Of a stretch of DNA of 64,000 nucleotides, positions 20,927-31,438 are shown piece by piece. The notes beneath the pieces are model-generated. The model was not told the DNA's origin. It did no database searches and saw nothing but the letters and a program-made list of their open reading frames with translations. Each line of letters opens with the position of its first letter. Positions within the stretch are counted from its first letter, which is position 1. The position numbers and the translations under genes were made by a program. Location of the stretch: positions 16,551 through 80,550 of the forward strand of contig JBOFPV010000059.1 in assembly GCA_051660585.1 (NCBI GenBank). The letters run 5' to 3'. The DNA is from Tannerellaceae bacterium. GTDB lineage: Bacteria > Bacteroidota > Bacteroidia > Bacteroidales > CAMTPD01.

Positions 20927-21337
20927 TTACTTATTTGGATCTTCGCAAAGCTCAGTAAGTACGCTACAAGTTGATTTTGGGTGAAGGAATGCGATATTCA
21001 AGCCTTCTGCACCTTTGCGTGGAGCTTTGTCGATTAGTTGTACACCTTTTTCTGCTACTTCTGCTAATGCTTCTGCTACTGAATCGGTAGCGAATGCGAT
21101 GTGATGAATGCCTTCGCCTCTTTTTTCGATAAACTTAGCGATTGTGCTGTCTTCACTGGTTGGCTCCAAAAGCTCGATCTTAGTTTGACCAACTTTGAAA
21201 AATGCTGTTTTTACCTTTTGGTCAGCAACTTCTTCGATGTTATAGCATTTCAAACCTAATACTTGTTCGTAGTAAGGAAGAGATGCTTCGATGCTTTTTA
21301 CAGCAATTCCTAAATGCTCAATATGTGAAATGTTCAT
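20927..21337 (-). CDS. mce: Methylmalonyl-CoA epimerase (VOC/glyoxalase fold)
   Basis: 136 aa. HLGIAV...EGIHHIAF motif, and it is the first gene of the mmd operon. Confidence 0.88.
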   Translation of the reverse strand: MNISHIEHLGIAVKSIEASLPYYEQVLGLKCYNIEEVADQKVKTAFFKVGQTKIELLEPTSEDSTIAKFIEKRGEGIHHIAFATDSVAEALAEVAEKGVQLIDKAPRKGAEGLNIAFLHPKSTCSVLTELCEDPNK

Positions 21338-21384
21338 GAACTGAATGTTTAAATAATTAGTAAAATATTAAATAAGGATTGTCG

Positions 21385-21392
21385 CAAATGTA
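21385..21392 (-). promoter_or_regulatory. -7 box TACATTTG (minus strand) for the mce-mmd operon
   Basis: Plus-strand caaatgta, 48 nt upstream of the ATG at 21337. Confidence 0.45.
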
Positions 21393-21523
21393 CATTAATT
21401 TTTATATTAATGAAGAAATTATTCTCTAAATAATTCGTTGGGTCAAAATTAGACTTATGGCCGTAGTATTACAAATCTGGGCTATAATCAATAAGAATAA
21501 AATAAGCATGCAAAATTTCTTTC

Positions 21524-21531
21524 TATCTTTG
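21524..21531 (+). promoter_or_regulatory. -7 box TATCTTTG for the nitroreductase-to-maf gene string
   Basis: Matches TAnnTTTG, 40 nt upstream of the ATG at 21571. Confidence 0.5.
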
Positions 21532-21570
21532 TCTTTATCGAATAATAAATAGACAGCATAATATACATAT

Positions 21571-22128
21571 ATGGAGAGTTTTGCAAAATTGATTAAAACC
21601 AGACGTAGTATACGTAAGTTTACCGACGAGCTATTAAAGCCTGAAGAGGTAGAATTGTTATTGAAAGCAGCATTGATGTCTCCGTCTTCCAAAAGTCGTA
21701 ATCCATGGCAATTTGTTGTTGTTGAGGATAAAACTCAATTAGCACTTCTGTCAAAATGCAAACCACATGGAGCAGCTATGATTGAGCATGCGGCACTGGC
21801 AATCGTTGTTGTTGCGAACCCAATGGAGTGTGATGTTTGGATCGAAGATGCATCAATAGCAACAGTATTTATTCAACTACAAGCCGAAGATCTAGGGCTG
21901 GGAAGTTGTTGGGTGCAGGTGCGAGAGCGAGAAACTGCAGAAGCAACAAGCTCTGAACAATATGTACGTGACTTATTAAATATACCATACCATATGCAGG
22001 TGCTTTCGATAGTAGCCGTAGGACATAAAGGGCAAGAACGTAAGCCATACGACGATACGAATCTACAATGGGAGAAGGTGCACATCGGATCGTTTAAGTC
22101 GATAGATACAAATCTGGATAACGAGTAA
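21571..22128 (+). CDS. Nitroreductase-family protein
   Basis: 185 aa. N-terminal RRSIRKF motif and PWQFVVV. Confidence 0.85.
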   Translation: MESFAKLIKTRRSIRKFTDELLKPEEVELLLKAALMSPSSKSRNPWQFVVVEDKTQLALLSKCKPHGAAMIEHAALAIVVVANPMECDVWIEDASIATVFIQLQAEDLGLGSCWVQVRERETAEATSSEQYVRDLLNIPYHMQVLSIVAVGHKGQERKPYDDTNLQWEKVHIGSFKSIDTNLDNE

Positions 22129-22133
22129 AACGA

Positions 22134-22907
22134 ATGAAAGTAGTGATTTTAGGAGCCGGTAATTTGGCTACCCGTCTTTCTCTCGAGATGCATCGCAAAG
22201 GAATGCGAATCGCACAAGTATTTAGCCAAACCGAAACATCAGCAAAAGCATTGGCAAAACGATTAGGGGCAATGCCGATAACCGATCTTAGTGCAGTAGA
22301 TACAGATGCCGATTTGTATATTTTTGCGTTGAAAGATTCCATTCTCGAATCTGTATTGACGCAAATGAATACGACTTCAGGATTGTGGGTTCATACAGCC
22401 GGAAGCATTCCAATGGAATTACTTACTCAGTATCACGATCGTTGCGGAGTTCTTTATCCGTTGCAATCGTTTAGTAAAACCAGAGAAGTAGATTTTGCTG
22501 TAATACCTGTGTTTATCGAAGCTCAGCATGCGGAAGATCTCAAAATGCTGAAAAAGATATCGGGAGCATTGACCGAGCGTGTTGTGGAGCTATCGTCCGA
22601 AAAGCGTAAGAAATTACACTTGGCAGCAGTGTTTGCCAACAATTTTACCAATCACATGTATGCACAAGCCGCATCAATATTAGAAGGTGAGGGATTAAGA
22701 TTCGACTATTTAGTTCCGCTTATTGACGAGACGGCCTCTAAGATTCATGAGATGCAACCGATTGAAGCTCAAACAGGCCCGGCAATTCGTTACGATGAGT
22801 CTGTGATCGAAAAGCATATTGATATGCTGGCTGATCAAGATAGTCGCGATATTTATGCAATAGTAAGTAAAAGTATTCACAACTTGAGCCAAAAAGAAAA
22901 TGAGTAG
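22134..22907 (+). CDS. Rossmann-like / DUF2520-type putative oxidoreductase
   Basis: 257 aa. N-terminal [12 protein letters not shown] dinucleotide-binding motif and a C-terminal DUF2520-like region. Confidence 0.7.
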   Translation: MKVVILGAGNLATRLSLEMHRKGMRIAQVFSQTETSAKALAKRLGAMPITDLSAVDTDADLYIFALKDSILESVLTQMNTTSGLWVHTAGSIPMELLTQYHDRCGVLYPLQSFSKTREVDFAVIPVFIEAQHAEDLKMLKKISGALTERVVELSSEKRKKLHLAAVFANNFTNHMYAQAASILEGEGLRFDYLVPLIDETASKIHEMQPIEAQTGPAIRYDESVIEKHIDMLADQDSRDIYAIVSKSIHNLSQKENE

Positions 22908-23421
22908 TATCAATTATGATTTAATGAAAATAAAAGCTTTTGTGTTTGATGTTGACGGAGTTTTATCTAGTGATAAGATTCCGCTTCATCCCAATGGCGA
23001 ACCAATGCGAACAGTGAATATCAAAGATGGTTATGCAATGCAACTTGCGGTAAAGCATGGTTATCAGGTAGGTATCATTACAGGAGGAAATACACAGTCT
23101 GTGGAATTGCGTTTCTCTCGTTTGGGAGTACAACATATTTATATGCAATCGGCTGTGAAGATTCACGACTTCAATGATTTCATGGATAAAACAGGGTTGA
23201 AACCTGAGCAAATAGCTTATGCCGGAGATGATATTCCTGATTATGATGTAATGCGTATTGCAGGGTTAGCTGTGGCACCTATTGATGCAGCTCCTGAGAT
23301 TAAGCAAATTGCAAATTATATCTCTCATAAAAAAGGAGGTGAAGGAGTTGCTCGTGATTTGATCGAACAAGTAATGAAAGCTCAAGGTGAATGGATGAAA
23401 GCCGAAGCTTTCGGTTGGTAA
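22900..23421 (+). CDS. kdsC: KDO 8-phosphate phosphatase (HAD-IIIA)
   Basis: 173 aa. FDVDGVLS motif I and GDDIPD motif. Overlaps the upstream gene by 8 nt. Confidence 0.88.
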   Translation: MSSINYDLMKIKAFVFDVDGVLSSDKIPLHPNGEPMRTVNIKDGYAMQLAVKHGYQVGIITGGNTQSVELRFSRLGVQHIYMQSAVKIHDFNDFMDKTGLKPEQIAYAGDDIPDYDVMRIAGLAVAPIDAAPEIKQIANYISHKKGGEGVARDLIEQVMKAQGEWMKAEAFGW

Positions 23422-23427
23422 AGTGAA

Positions 23428-24015
23428 ATGTTGACAATGAAAAATCTCGACAAATACAATATTGTTCTTGCAAGTAACTCTCCTCGTCGTAAAGAGTTAT
23501 TGAGTGGGCTAGACTTGCAATTTACCGTAAACGTGATGGCTGATATCGATGAGTCATATCCCGATACATTAGCTCCTTCTGTGGTTCCTGTATATTTGGC
23601 AGAAAAGAAAGCCGAGGCATATTTGATCACATTGCAGGACAATGATTTGCTTATTACAGCAGATACGGTGGTGTGTACTGAAACCGAAATTCTCGGTAAG
23701 CCGGCATGCAAAGAAGATGCTGTGGAAATGCTTCGAAAACTTTCAGGCAAAGAGCATCAGGTTGTAACCGGTGTTGCAGTTACAACAACGGACAAGATAG
23801 AGTCTTTTGCCGCTGTTACGAGTGTGCTCTTTGATGTGCTTTCTGAGGAAGAGATCGAATATTACGTCGAAAAGTATCGACCATACGACAAAGCAGGTTC
23901 ATATGGTATCCAGGAATGGATTGGCTATATCGGTGTGAAATCGATTAATGGCTCGTATTTTAATGTCATGGGACTTCCTGTGCAGAAGTTGTATACTGTT
24001 CTGAAAGGCTATTGA
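23428..24015 (+). CDS. maf: Maf-family nucleoside triphosphate pyrophosphatase
   Basis: 195 aa. LASNSPRRKELL and DKAGSYGIQ motifs. The start could be the ATG at 23437. Confidence 0.9.
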   Translation: MLTMKNLDKYNIVLASNSPRRKELLSGLDLQFTVNVMADIDESYPDTLAPSVVPVYLAEKKAEAYLITLQDNDLLITADTVVCTETEILGKPACKEDAVEMLRKLSGKEHQVVTGVAVTTTDKIESFAAVTSVLFDVLSEEEIEYYVEKYRPYDKAGSYGIQEWIGYIGVKSINGSYFNVMGLPVQKLYTVLKGY

Positions 24016-24039
24016 ACGACTAAATGAGAGGAAATGGCT

Positions 24040-24089
24040 GAGAAAGCGTTGTTTGGTGTGATTCTTTCAGACCAAACAACGCTTTTCTC
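24040..24089 (+). terminator. Long hairpin after maf
   Basis: 18-bp arms gagaaagcgttgtttggt / accaaacaacgcttttctc with one bulge and no clean T-run. Confidence 0.4.
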
Positions 24090-24204
24090 ATGGAAAAACG
24101 ATGATTGGGTAGATTTAAAGTTTTTATGTGTATCAAAGCTTATTATTGATAACATATAGGAGTAAGATGAACAGATATTGGAGTTTTGCTTCGTATAAAA
24201 GAAA

Positions 24205-24212
24205 TATCTTTG
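24205..24212 (+). promoter_or_regulatory. -7 box TATCTTTG for the GH20 gene
   Basis: Matches TAnnTTTG, 54 nt upstream of the ATG at 24266. Confidence 0.45.
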
Positions 24213-24265
24213 TCTGTTGAGGCTAACAAGTCAAAATCTGAAAATAACTATAAATTAAATATACC

Positions 24266-25873
24266 ATGCTAAAACGAATCATTCAAGTCTTTTTTTGTGG
24301 ACTTATCTTATGCGGCATGACGGTGTACGCGCAGAAAGTATCTATCATTCCTATGCCGGCCAAAGTAACGGCCGGTCTCGGTACAAATAAGTTGCACGAG
24401 AAGTTAATTACATACACAGACGATGTGCTGCGCAACGAAGCCGAACAACTAAATCAGGATATGGGAAGTCGCTTTAAGGTTGTAAAAGGGAAAAAAGCAA
24501 GTAAAGGAATATTTCTGAAACTAGAGTCGGGCACAACTCTGACAGAAGGATATAAGTTGAATGTCGGTGAGAAGTTAATCACAATTTGCGGAGCTGACGA
24601 AGCAGGGGTGTTTTATGGTACCCAATCATTATTGCAGCAAATTAATAGTACTCCCGATGGTATTTTGACCTGTGTTGAGATTGAAGATGTGCCTCGGTAT
24701 AATTGGAGAGGGTATATGCTCGATGAGTCTCGTCACTTTTTTGGAAAAGAAAAAGTGAAACAGTTGCTTGATATGATGAGTTATTATAAGCTGAATAAAT
24801 TCCATTGGCATCTTACCGATGAGCCAGCTTGGCGCATTGAGATTAAGAAATATCCAAAGCTAACCGAGATTGGCGCAGAGGGTAGCTGGAGTGATCCGGA
24901 CCTTGCAGCTCAATCGTATACACAAGATGATATCAGAGAAATTGTAGCTTATGCGGCAGATCGCCACATCGAGGTCATTCCGGAAATTGATATGCCGGGG
25001 CATGCAACAGCTGCCAATCGTGCTTATCCTCAATTTTCGGGAGGAGGAACACCGGATCATCCTGATTTTACATTTAATCCAGGTAAAGAGGAAGTGTATG
25101 CTTATCTAACAGATATTTTACGTGAAGTAGCAGAATTGTTTCCTTCCAAGTATATGCACATAGGTGGTGATGAAGTTTCTTTTGGTATTAAGGCCTGGGA
25201 GAGTGATCCGGATGTGCAGGCTTTGCTAAAACGAGAAGGATTAAAACACGTAAAAGATGCGGAGCGCTACTTTATAAATAGGATGACTGACTCGGTTCAA
25301 GTGCTTGGAAAGGAATTGCTTGGATGGGATGAGTTGCTCGAAATTGATGCAGATCCTACTTCTACTACTATAATGTGGTGGCGCCATGATCGTGTCAATC
25401 AGTTGAAGAAATCATTGGAAAATAGATATCAGACGATTTTGTGTCCGCGTAGGCCACTTTATTTTGATTTTATACAAAATAAGGACGATAAGTGGGGACG
25501 TGTATGGAATGGTTTTTGTCCGCTCGAAGATGTGTATGCATTTCCTGATAAAGGAATGGAGGATTGGAATCTTTCTGAAACTGAAAGCTCCTTTATAAAA
25601 GGAATTCAAGCGAATGTATGGACAGAGCGTATTCAAAATACTGATCGTCTTGATTATATGACTTTTCCGCGTATATGTGCATTGGCAGAGTCGGCATGGA
25701 GTATGCCTAATCGTAAAGATTATGCTTGTTTTGAAGGGCGACTCAATCAGGCGTATCTTCTTTTCGCCAAAGAGGGGGTATACTACTACGACCATCGTGA
25801 TCCGTCGAAAACTCCCGAGCCGATAGGGTGCGTGAAGAAAGATAAAAAAATAGATCTTGATTTCAGAGATTAA
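24266..25873 (+). CDS. Secreted beta-N-acetylhexosaminidase (GH20)
   Basis: 535 aa. Signal peptide, RGYMLDESRHFF, FHWHLTDE and HIGGDEV catalytic-region motifs. Confidence 0.92.
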   Translation: MLKRIIQVFFCGLILCGMTVYAQKVSIIPMPAKVTAGLGTNKLHEKLITYTDDVLRNEAEQLNQDMGSRFKVVKGKKASKGIFLKLESGTTLTEGYKLNVGEKLITICGADEAGVFYGTQSLLQQINSTPDGILTCVEIEDVPRYNWRGYMLDESRHFFGKEKVKQLLDMMSYYKLNKFHWHLTDEPAWRIEIKKYPKLTEIGAEGSWSDPDLAAQSYTQDDIREIVAYAADRHIEVIPEIDMPGHATAANRAYPQFSGGGTPDHPDFTFNPGKEEVYAYLTDILREVAELFPSKYMHIGGDEVSFGIKAWESDPDVQALLKREGLKHVKDAERYFINRMTDSVQVLGKELLGWDELLEIDADPTSTTIMWWRHDRVNQLKKSLENRYQTILCPRRPLYFDFIQNKDDKWGRVWNGFCPLEDVYAFPDKGMEDWNLSETESSFIKGIQANVWTERIQNTDRLDYMTFPRICALAESAWSMPNRKDYACFEGRLNQAYLLFAKEGVYYYDHRDPSKTPEPIGCVKKDKKIDLDFRD

Positions 25874-25932
25874 GATTGCTATATGTCGTTAGCCCGTTAG
25901 TCATAATCCCTTGATGTTGTACCCTATGCAAC

Positions 25933-27693
25933 TCAAGGGATTTTTCGTAAAGCAGCAGGCGTAACACCGAATCGCCCTTTGATGCATTTGGCAAAGTAAG
26001 CTCGACTTTCAAACCCTGTTTCATCCATGATTTGAACAATTGGTTTATCCGTCTCTGTAAGAAGTGTTTTTGCCTGATCGAGCCGAATGTTACGAATGTA
26101 TTGTTTAGGACTTTCGTTTAGGTGTTCGGCACATAAGTTGTACAGAACCGTACGACTTAGTCCCATCTCGGTGGCAAGTTCTTTAATTTGAAACTCTGAA
26201 GATGACAAGTTTGCCATTATAATTTCATCTAATCTTTCTTTGAATTGTACAGAAGTATCTTCTTTTGATGAATCATCGGTGCTTGATATCTCGTCAAGTT
26301 CCGCACTTGAAGTAGAGCAGTCTTCATCCTTGTTGACCTTTTGTGTAGACTGAAGGAGTTTGTATTGTCTTCTCTTGTATGATAAAAGAGCTACTCCGAT
26401 TAGAATAATTAATACTCCAACTCCTAAAGTAATGATTCTGAATGGTGATTTTGAGTTGTATGACAGAATCATATTAGATAGATCACTTTCTGATGTAGCT
26501 GCAACAAGTGCCACTTCTTTATCATTTAATGCTCTGTTCCATATAAAAAGATTATCAATGTCTGCAATTAGTTTGTTGTTCCAAACGTTGCGACCTACAA
26601 GGATATCTTTGAATGCCTGAAGTGTTCTATCCTCGGCAACAAAATCGCACTTCTTTCCATCGATGTAGTATGTGACTCCTTTTTTCTCTACGTAGGTCAT
26701 GGTCAAGTGTACCCATTCATTTTTAGAAAAGCGTGCTTTTTGTGTGTAAAAGTCGCGAACTTGTGGTATGGTTGCATACATGCCATTGTTGGATGTGCGT
26801 AGAGCAATGTATTCACCAATCGAGACTAATGCTCCATGGTCTCTGTAGAAATCATCTTGTCTTATCCTACAAGCGATGGTTAGAGATTTGTATATTTCCT
26901 CAGTGGGAATATGAAAGGAGTTCGTTGTGTCGAATTGGGCATAACTTCGTTTTGTGTCGTCAATGATAAAGTGTGGAGGCTCGGTATATTGTATTTGCTT
27001 TTGATTCACCTGCCAATAGCTGTCTTTGTTGTCAAATGTGTGAAAGAAGATGAGATTGGCAGTTAAAGGGAATCTATCAATGACTTGTTTATATTCTTCC
27101 ATGAAATTACATTTTTCAAGTTTTGCATTAGATGTGTTTTTTGCAGTGAATCCATATGTATATCCTTTTGATACATCTTGCCAATCTTCCCATCCTGCAA
27201 TAATAGGTTGGATTTGTTGTTTTGTTCGGCAGCTGTCGAACCAGTTTATGTTTGCAACCTTGTTCCCATTCAGATATACTTCTACTATAGGGCGGTTAAT
27301 CTTGATTGCATAGTGATTCCACTCCAGAGGGCTTATGGATAGCGAATCTATGTATGCATCAAATATTTCCGGTTGATTGAAATGCAACCCTCCATTTGAT
27401 GTTGTATTGAGAAGGAACAAGTCTTTTGCTCCGAAGATCGTATGCTTTTTGGATGCGATATCTTCAAGATAAAACCACCCACTCATTAGAATCGGATGTG
27501 TAATATCAATAGAGTCTTTCTGAATTGAGTTGATTTGTTTGATTGATTTGATCTGCTGTTGCAGTGAGTCGGCAAATAATGGAAGCTGACTTGTGTGTGC
27601 ATAATCCGATCTTTGTGCTGCATGATTACAGCTAGAAGTGAAGCCAATATGAAAAAGAATGGCTATGATGATATGTAGAATATTGCTTTTCAT
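25933..27693 (-). CDS. Membrane-anchored AraC-family regulator with extracytoplasmic LamG/concanavalin-like domains
   Basis: 586 aa. Signal/anchor, about 400 aa with two LamG-like modules (WNHYAI...VYLNG; WVHLTMTY...YYIDG), a TM (FRIITLGVGVLIILIGVALLSY), an acidic linker and a C-terminal AraC HTH. Confidence 0.75.
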   Translation of the reverse strand: MKSNILHIIIAILFHIGFTSSCNHAAQRSDYAHTSQLPLFADSLQQQIKSIKQINSIQKDSIDITHPILMSGWFYLEDIASKKHTIFGAKDLFLLNTTSNGGLHFNQPEIFDAYIDSLSISPLEWNHYAIKINRPIVEVYLNGNKVANINWFDSCRTKQQIQPIIAGWEDWQDVSKGYTYGFTAKNTSNAKLEKCNFMEEYKQVIDRFPLTANLIFFHTFDNKDSYWQVNQKQIQYTEPPHFIIDDTKRSYAQFDTTNSFHIPTEEIYKSLTIACRIRQDDFYRDHGALVSIGEYIALRTSNNGMYATIPQVRDFYTQKARFSKNEWVHLTMTYVEKKGVTYYIDGKKCDFVAEDRTLQAFKDILVGRNVWNNKLIADIDNLFIWNRALNDKEVALVAATSESDLSNMILSYNSKSPFRIITLGVGVLIILIGVALLSYKRRQYKLLQSTQKVNKDEDCSTSSAELDEISSTDDSSKEDTSVQFKERLDEIIMANLSSSEFQIKELATEMGLSRTVLYNLCAEHLNESPKQYIRNIRLDQAKTLLTETDKPIVQIMDETGFESRAYFAKCIKGRFGVTPAALRKIP

Positions 27694-27835
27694 GAGTAAT
27701 GTCCTTGTTAGCTTAGTAAAGGGGACTTAGTGTGTCTTTGTGTTTGTAAATATAATTGAAATGGAGCGATTTTTTACTATATTCGCATATATAAGAACTT
27801 TTACTTACACTAACCATTTTATTTAACTATTTCTT

Positions 27836-29125
27836 ATGGATCAAAAAACAACTGGAACCGGAATTAAGTCCTTTTCGAAGAACTTTTGGACGGTGATTTT
27901 GATGGAGTTTTTCGAGCGTGGATCTTACTATGGAGTTATGTCTGTGCTTTCTGTTTATCTTGTATTGGGTATCGACGAGGGTGGACTTGGCTTTACACGT
28001 GAAAGTGTGGGCGTAATCAAAAGTACGATTACTCCGCTTTTGTATTTATTGCCTATTATTTCTGGAGCTATTGCAGATCGATATGGCTATCGTAAGATGC
28101 TTATGTTTGCATTTGTGGTGATGTCGGCAGGATATTTTCTTACCAGTATGAGCACAACCTATTCAACTGTTTTTGCAAGCTTGATGCTAATGGTGCTAGG
28201 TGCCGGTGTATTCAAACCAATTATTTCGGGTACGATTGCGCGAGAAACCAATGAAAAGAATTCAACCCTAGGCTTTGGTGTTTTCTATTGGTCGATCAAT
28301 CTTGGGGCTTTTATTTTTCCACTTATCTTTGTCCCTTATTTGAAGAGTTTGTCTTGGAGCTATATTTTCATAATGGCAGCCATTGCTACAGGCTCTCTTG
28401 TCTTACTAAATCTTTTTGTATACAAAGAGCCACAACGACCAAAGAGCACGAAGTCTCTTGGAGTTGTATTTAAAGAGGCTTTGTTGGTTTTGAAAGATTT
28501 CCGCTTTATGTTGATGATTGTTATCTATAGCGGTTTTTGGATTCTTTATTTCCAAATGTTTGATACGGTATTGTGGTATTTGAAAGACTATGTAAATGTA
28601 GAACCAGTAAATAATCTTGTAAATAGCTTCTTGTCTCATTTTGTGGCTGATCCTCAGTGGCAGTTTGATGCGGAACACGTTACAGTTATCAATGCATTTG
28701 CAATTATTGCACTGCAGTTGTTCATCTCTAATATTGTGAAGAATACGAAGGCACTTCCTACTATGATTGTCGGGTTGCTAATCGCAACTTCAGGGATGGC
28801 ATGTCTTGCAATATCAGAAAGTATCTGGGTTTTCATGGCTGGTATCTTTATCTTCTCAATTGGAGAAATGATCGCCCATCCGAAATTTATATCGTATGTA
28901 GGTTTGATTGCTCCGGCTGATAAAAAAGCACTTTACTTAGGTTATTCATTCCTTTATGGTGTAATTGGTAGTGGTGTAGGAGGGATTCTAGGTTCTCAGC
29001 TTTATGTACATTATGTAGATAAATTGAACGAACCAAAGGTGCTGTGGATCATCTTCTCCATGATTGGTGTTTCTACGATTATAGGATTGGCACTTTACAA
29101 CAAATTCTTATCGCCAAAGAAGTAA
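27836..29125 (+). CDS. POT/PTR2-family peptide:proton symporter (MFS)
   Basis: 429 aa. PTR2 motif FFERGSYYGVMSVLSVYL and GAIADRYGYRK. Confidence 0.85.
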   Translation: MDQKTTGTGIKSFSKNFWTVILMEFFERGSYYGVMSVLSVYLVLGIDEGGLGFTRESVGVIKSTITPLLYLLPIISGAIADRYGYRKMLMFAFVVMSAGYFLTSMSTTYSTVFASLMLMVLGAGVFKPIISGTIARETNEKNSTLGFGVFYWSINLGAFIFPLIFVPYLKSLSWSYIFIMAAIATGSLVLLNLFVYKEPQRPKSTKSLGVVFKEALLVLKDFRFMLMIVIYSGFWILYFQMFDTVLWYLKDYVNVEPVNNLVNSFLSHFVADPQWQFDAEHVTVINAFAIIALQLFISNIVKNTKALPTMIVGLLIATSGMACLAISESIWVFMAGIFIFSIGEMIAHPKFISYVGLIAPADKKALYLGYSFLYGVIGSGVGGILGSQLYVHYVDKLNEPKVLWIIFSMIGVSTIIGLALYNKFLSPKK

Positions 29126-29148
29126 TCTAATTGATATACTAAAATAGT

Positions 29149-29196
29149 AAAGCCTGTATATTACATGTAAAATGTGCATATACAGGCTTTGTTTAT
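29149..29196 (+). terminator. Terminator after the POT transporter gene
   Basis: 12-bp stem aaagcctgtata / tatacaggcttt followed by gtttat. Confidence 0.65.
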
Positions 29197-29233
29197 CTTA
29201 TTATCCGAATGTAAAGAGTGAGCTTTATTCGGA

Positions 29234-30280
29234 TTATTTATTTTCTGATGTGTTGAGCTCTTTTCGTTGAGGTAAATACTCGAGCATTCCTTTAGAAATA
29301 TCTGTTTTCATATCTCCATTTTCATCTGTATAAATGATGTAGTATTGTATATCCGGGACGATACCGGCTACAATACGGGCTTGCTCTAACCCCATTGCCA
29401 TAAATGCTGTAGCATATGCGTCGGCCATCATACAAGTTGGTGCAATGATTGTAGCACTAAGTATATTTTGTTCCGATGGATATCCTGTGCGCGGATCAAT
29501 GGTATGGGCATACTTCTTTCCATTCTTGATGTAAAAATTGCGATAGTTGCCAGATGTAGCGAGTCCACCTTTGCATATTTGAACGACCTCTTGTATTTCT
29601 CCGACACTTTCTGATCGATCATCCTCAGGTTTGTTAATGCCAATTTTCCAGCATTCACCTTTCGGATTTTTTCCATTTACGGTAACCTCTCCTCCAATTT
29701 CAACCATGTAGTTTGATACACCATTGCGGACAAAAAGATCTGCGATAACATCGCTAGCATATCCTTTAGCAATAGCCGAGGTATTGAGTATGATTCCGGG
29801 ATTCTCTTTTGTTATTTGCCCATCTTTAAGCTCTATCTTTTGGTAGCCTACATATTGTTTTAAGCTGTCGATTAGTTGAGGTGTAACTGAGTCCATCTTG
29901 CTAAATCCGAAACCCCAAGCATTCACTAAAGGTGCACAAGTAATATCGAATATGCCATTGGTATTGCGGGATACTTCTTGTGCTTTGTTGAAAACATCTA
30001 TGAACCATTCGTCTAATACGACCGACTCATTTTTGTTTACTTTAGAGATGATAGAGGTTGGTTTGAATGGATTAAGAGAATTGTTGAACTTCTCAAATTC
30101 GACCGCAATAGAGTCGGTTAAGGGTTTTTCAGCCTCGTACTTGATGTGATAAAAGGTGTGAAATACAGTGCCTGATTCTTCAAAGTACTCTTTTTGTTGA
30201 TCCTTTTTACCATTGCAAGATGTAACAATCAGTAAAACAACAAAGAGCATGCAGAGCGACAGCTGTTTGTAAAGTTTCAT
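29234..30280 (-). CDS. apbE: FAD:protein FMN transferase (ApbE family) lipoprotein
   Basis: 348 aa. Lipobox LIVTSC, plus the family motifs AIAKGYA and GLATSGNYRN. Confidence 0.88.
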   Translation of the reverse strand: MKLYKQLSLCMLFVVLLIVTSCNGKKDQQKEYFEESGTVFHTFYHIKYEAEKPLTDSIAVEFEKFNNSLNPFKPTSIISKVNKNESVVLDEWFIDVFNKAQEVSRNTNGIFDITCAPLVNAWGFGFSKMDSVTPQLIDSLKQYVGYQKIELKDGQITKENPGIILNTSAIAKGYASDVIADLFVRNGVSNYMVEIGGEVTVNGKNPKGECWKIGINKPEDDRSESVGEIQEVVQICKGGLATSGNYRNFYIKNGKKYAHTIDPRTGYPSEQNILSATIIAPTCMMADAYATAFMAMGLEQARIVAGIVPDIQYYIIYTDENGDMKTDISKGMLEYLPQRKELNTSENK

Positions 30281-30328
30281 ATGCGATTTTGTTTTAGCAC
30301 ACAGTGCGAACTTCGCACTGTGAAAAGT

Positions 30329-30910
30329 TTATGCAAAGATAGTGTGTTCGAGTAATATTTTTAATCCGATGAGGATTAATATTATACCACCGATCAGCTC
30401 GATGCGCATATTGAATTTGTTTCCAAATTTATGACCAATGTACACTCCACTTGCAGAGAAGATAAAAGTGATAATCCCAATCATTGTTACTGGGAATACA
30501 ATTGGATTTTTCAACAAGCCAAGGGAAATACCTACAGCCATTGCATCAATACTGGTTGCAATGGCAAGGCCAATAAGGCGTTTGGTTGCTAAAACAGAGC
30601 GATTGGATAAGACCTCTTGCACTTCATCACTATCATCTTTTTTAAATCCTTCATAGATCATTTTACCACCTAGATACGAGAGAAGAACAAAGGCAATCCA
30701 ATGATCATAAAAGGTGATAAAGCGTTCGAAGCCATGACCAGCTAAAAAGCCAATCAAGGTGAGCGTTGCTTGAAGAGCTCCCATGATAAGAGCAATCTTG
30801 AAGATGTTTTTTAGAGTGCAATTTCTTATTTGTGTGCCCGATGCTACGGATGCAACAAAGCTATCCATCGAAAGACCTATAGCTAAAAGGATTATTTCTA
30901 AATACCACAT
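30329..30910 (-). CDS. mntP: Manganese efflux pump MntP
   Basis: 193 aa, six TM segments, with duplicated DSF/DAMAVG motifs (LSMDSFVASV; SIDAMAVGISL). Confidence 0.88.
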   Translation of the reverse strand: MWYLEIILLAIGLSMDSFVASVASGTQIRNCTLKNIFKIALIMGALQATLTLIGFLAGHGFERFITFYDHWIAFVLLSYLGGKMIYEGFKKDDSDEVQEVLSNRSVLATKRLIGLAIATSIDAMAVGISLGLLKNPIVFPVTMIGIITFIFSASGVYIGHKFGNKFNMRIELIGGIILILIGLKILLEHTIFA

Positions 30911-30916
30911 ATCGAA

Positions 30917-31438
30917 TTAAAAAGTTTCCATTCTGATAATATCAGATAATGGTTTGCGTTTTTTTGTTGGAGTTTCTAATCCATCGCACTCGGGATAGCC
31001 GATTGGGAGAATTGCAATAGGTTCAAGATGAGCAGGAATGTTGAATAACTCACGGCATAGCTGTGGGTCGAAGTTGCAAACCCAGCATGTACCTAATCCT
31101 TGGTCTGTAGCAGCCAAGCACATATGCTCAATGGCTATGGAAGCATCAATGTCGCAATGATCTTTGCCGTCGAAAGAACGTTTCCATGCTGTATTATGAT
31201 CTCCGCAAACTAAGATATAAGCAGGTGCGGAGTTGAACCATTCCCGGGTGTAGCATTTGCGAATATTAGCTTTGCTATCTTCTTTTGTTATGACAACAAA
31301 AACCCACGGCTGAAAATTTACAGCAGACGGAGCCAAACGAGCTGCCTCAATTACATATTCGAGCTTTTCGGTTTCGATAGGCTGCGACTTGTATTTGCGC
31401 ACCGAGTATCTCTGTTGAACTAAGTCTATAAACTTCAT
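30917..31438 (-). CDS. Nitroreductase-family protein
   Basis: 173 aa. RYSVRKY, APSAVNFQPW. Its start overlaps the stop of the upstream GT2 gene by 4 nt. Confidence 0.85.
   Translation of the reverse strand: MKFIDLVQQRYSVRKYKSQPIETEKLEYVIEAARLAPSAVNFQPWVFVVITKEDSKANIRKCYTREWFNSAPAYILVCGDHNTAWKRSFDGKDHCDIDASIAIEHMCLAATDQGLGTCWVCNFDPQLCRELFNIPAHLEPIAILPIGYPECDGLETPTKKRKPLSDIIRMETF

Noticed and set aside
30911-30916. yybP-ykoY manganese riboswitch in front of mntP.
   Set aside because: Only 6 nt separate mntP from the upstream nitroreductase gene, so there is no room for a leader RNA. The palindrome cacagtgcgaa-c-ttcgcactgtg at about 30300-30322 lies downstream of mntP, not upstream.
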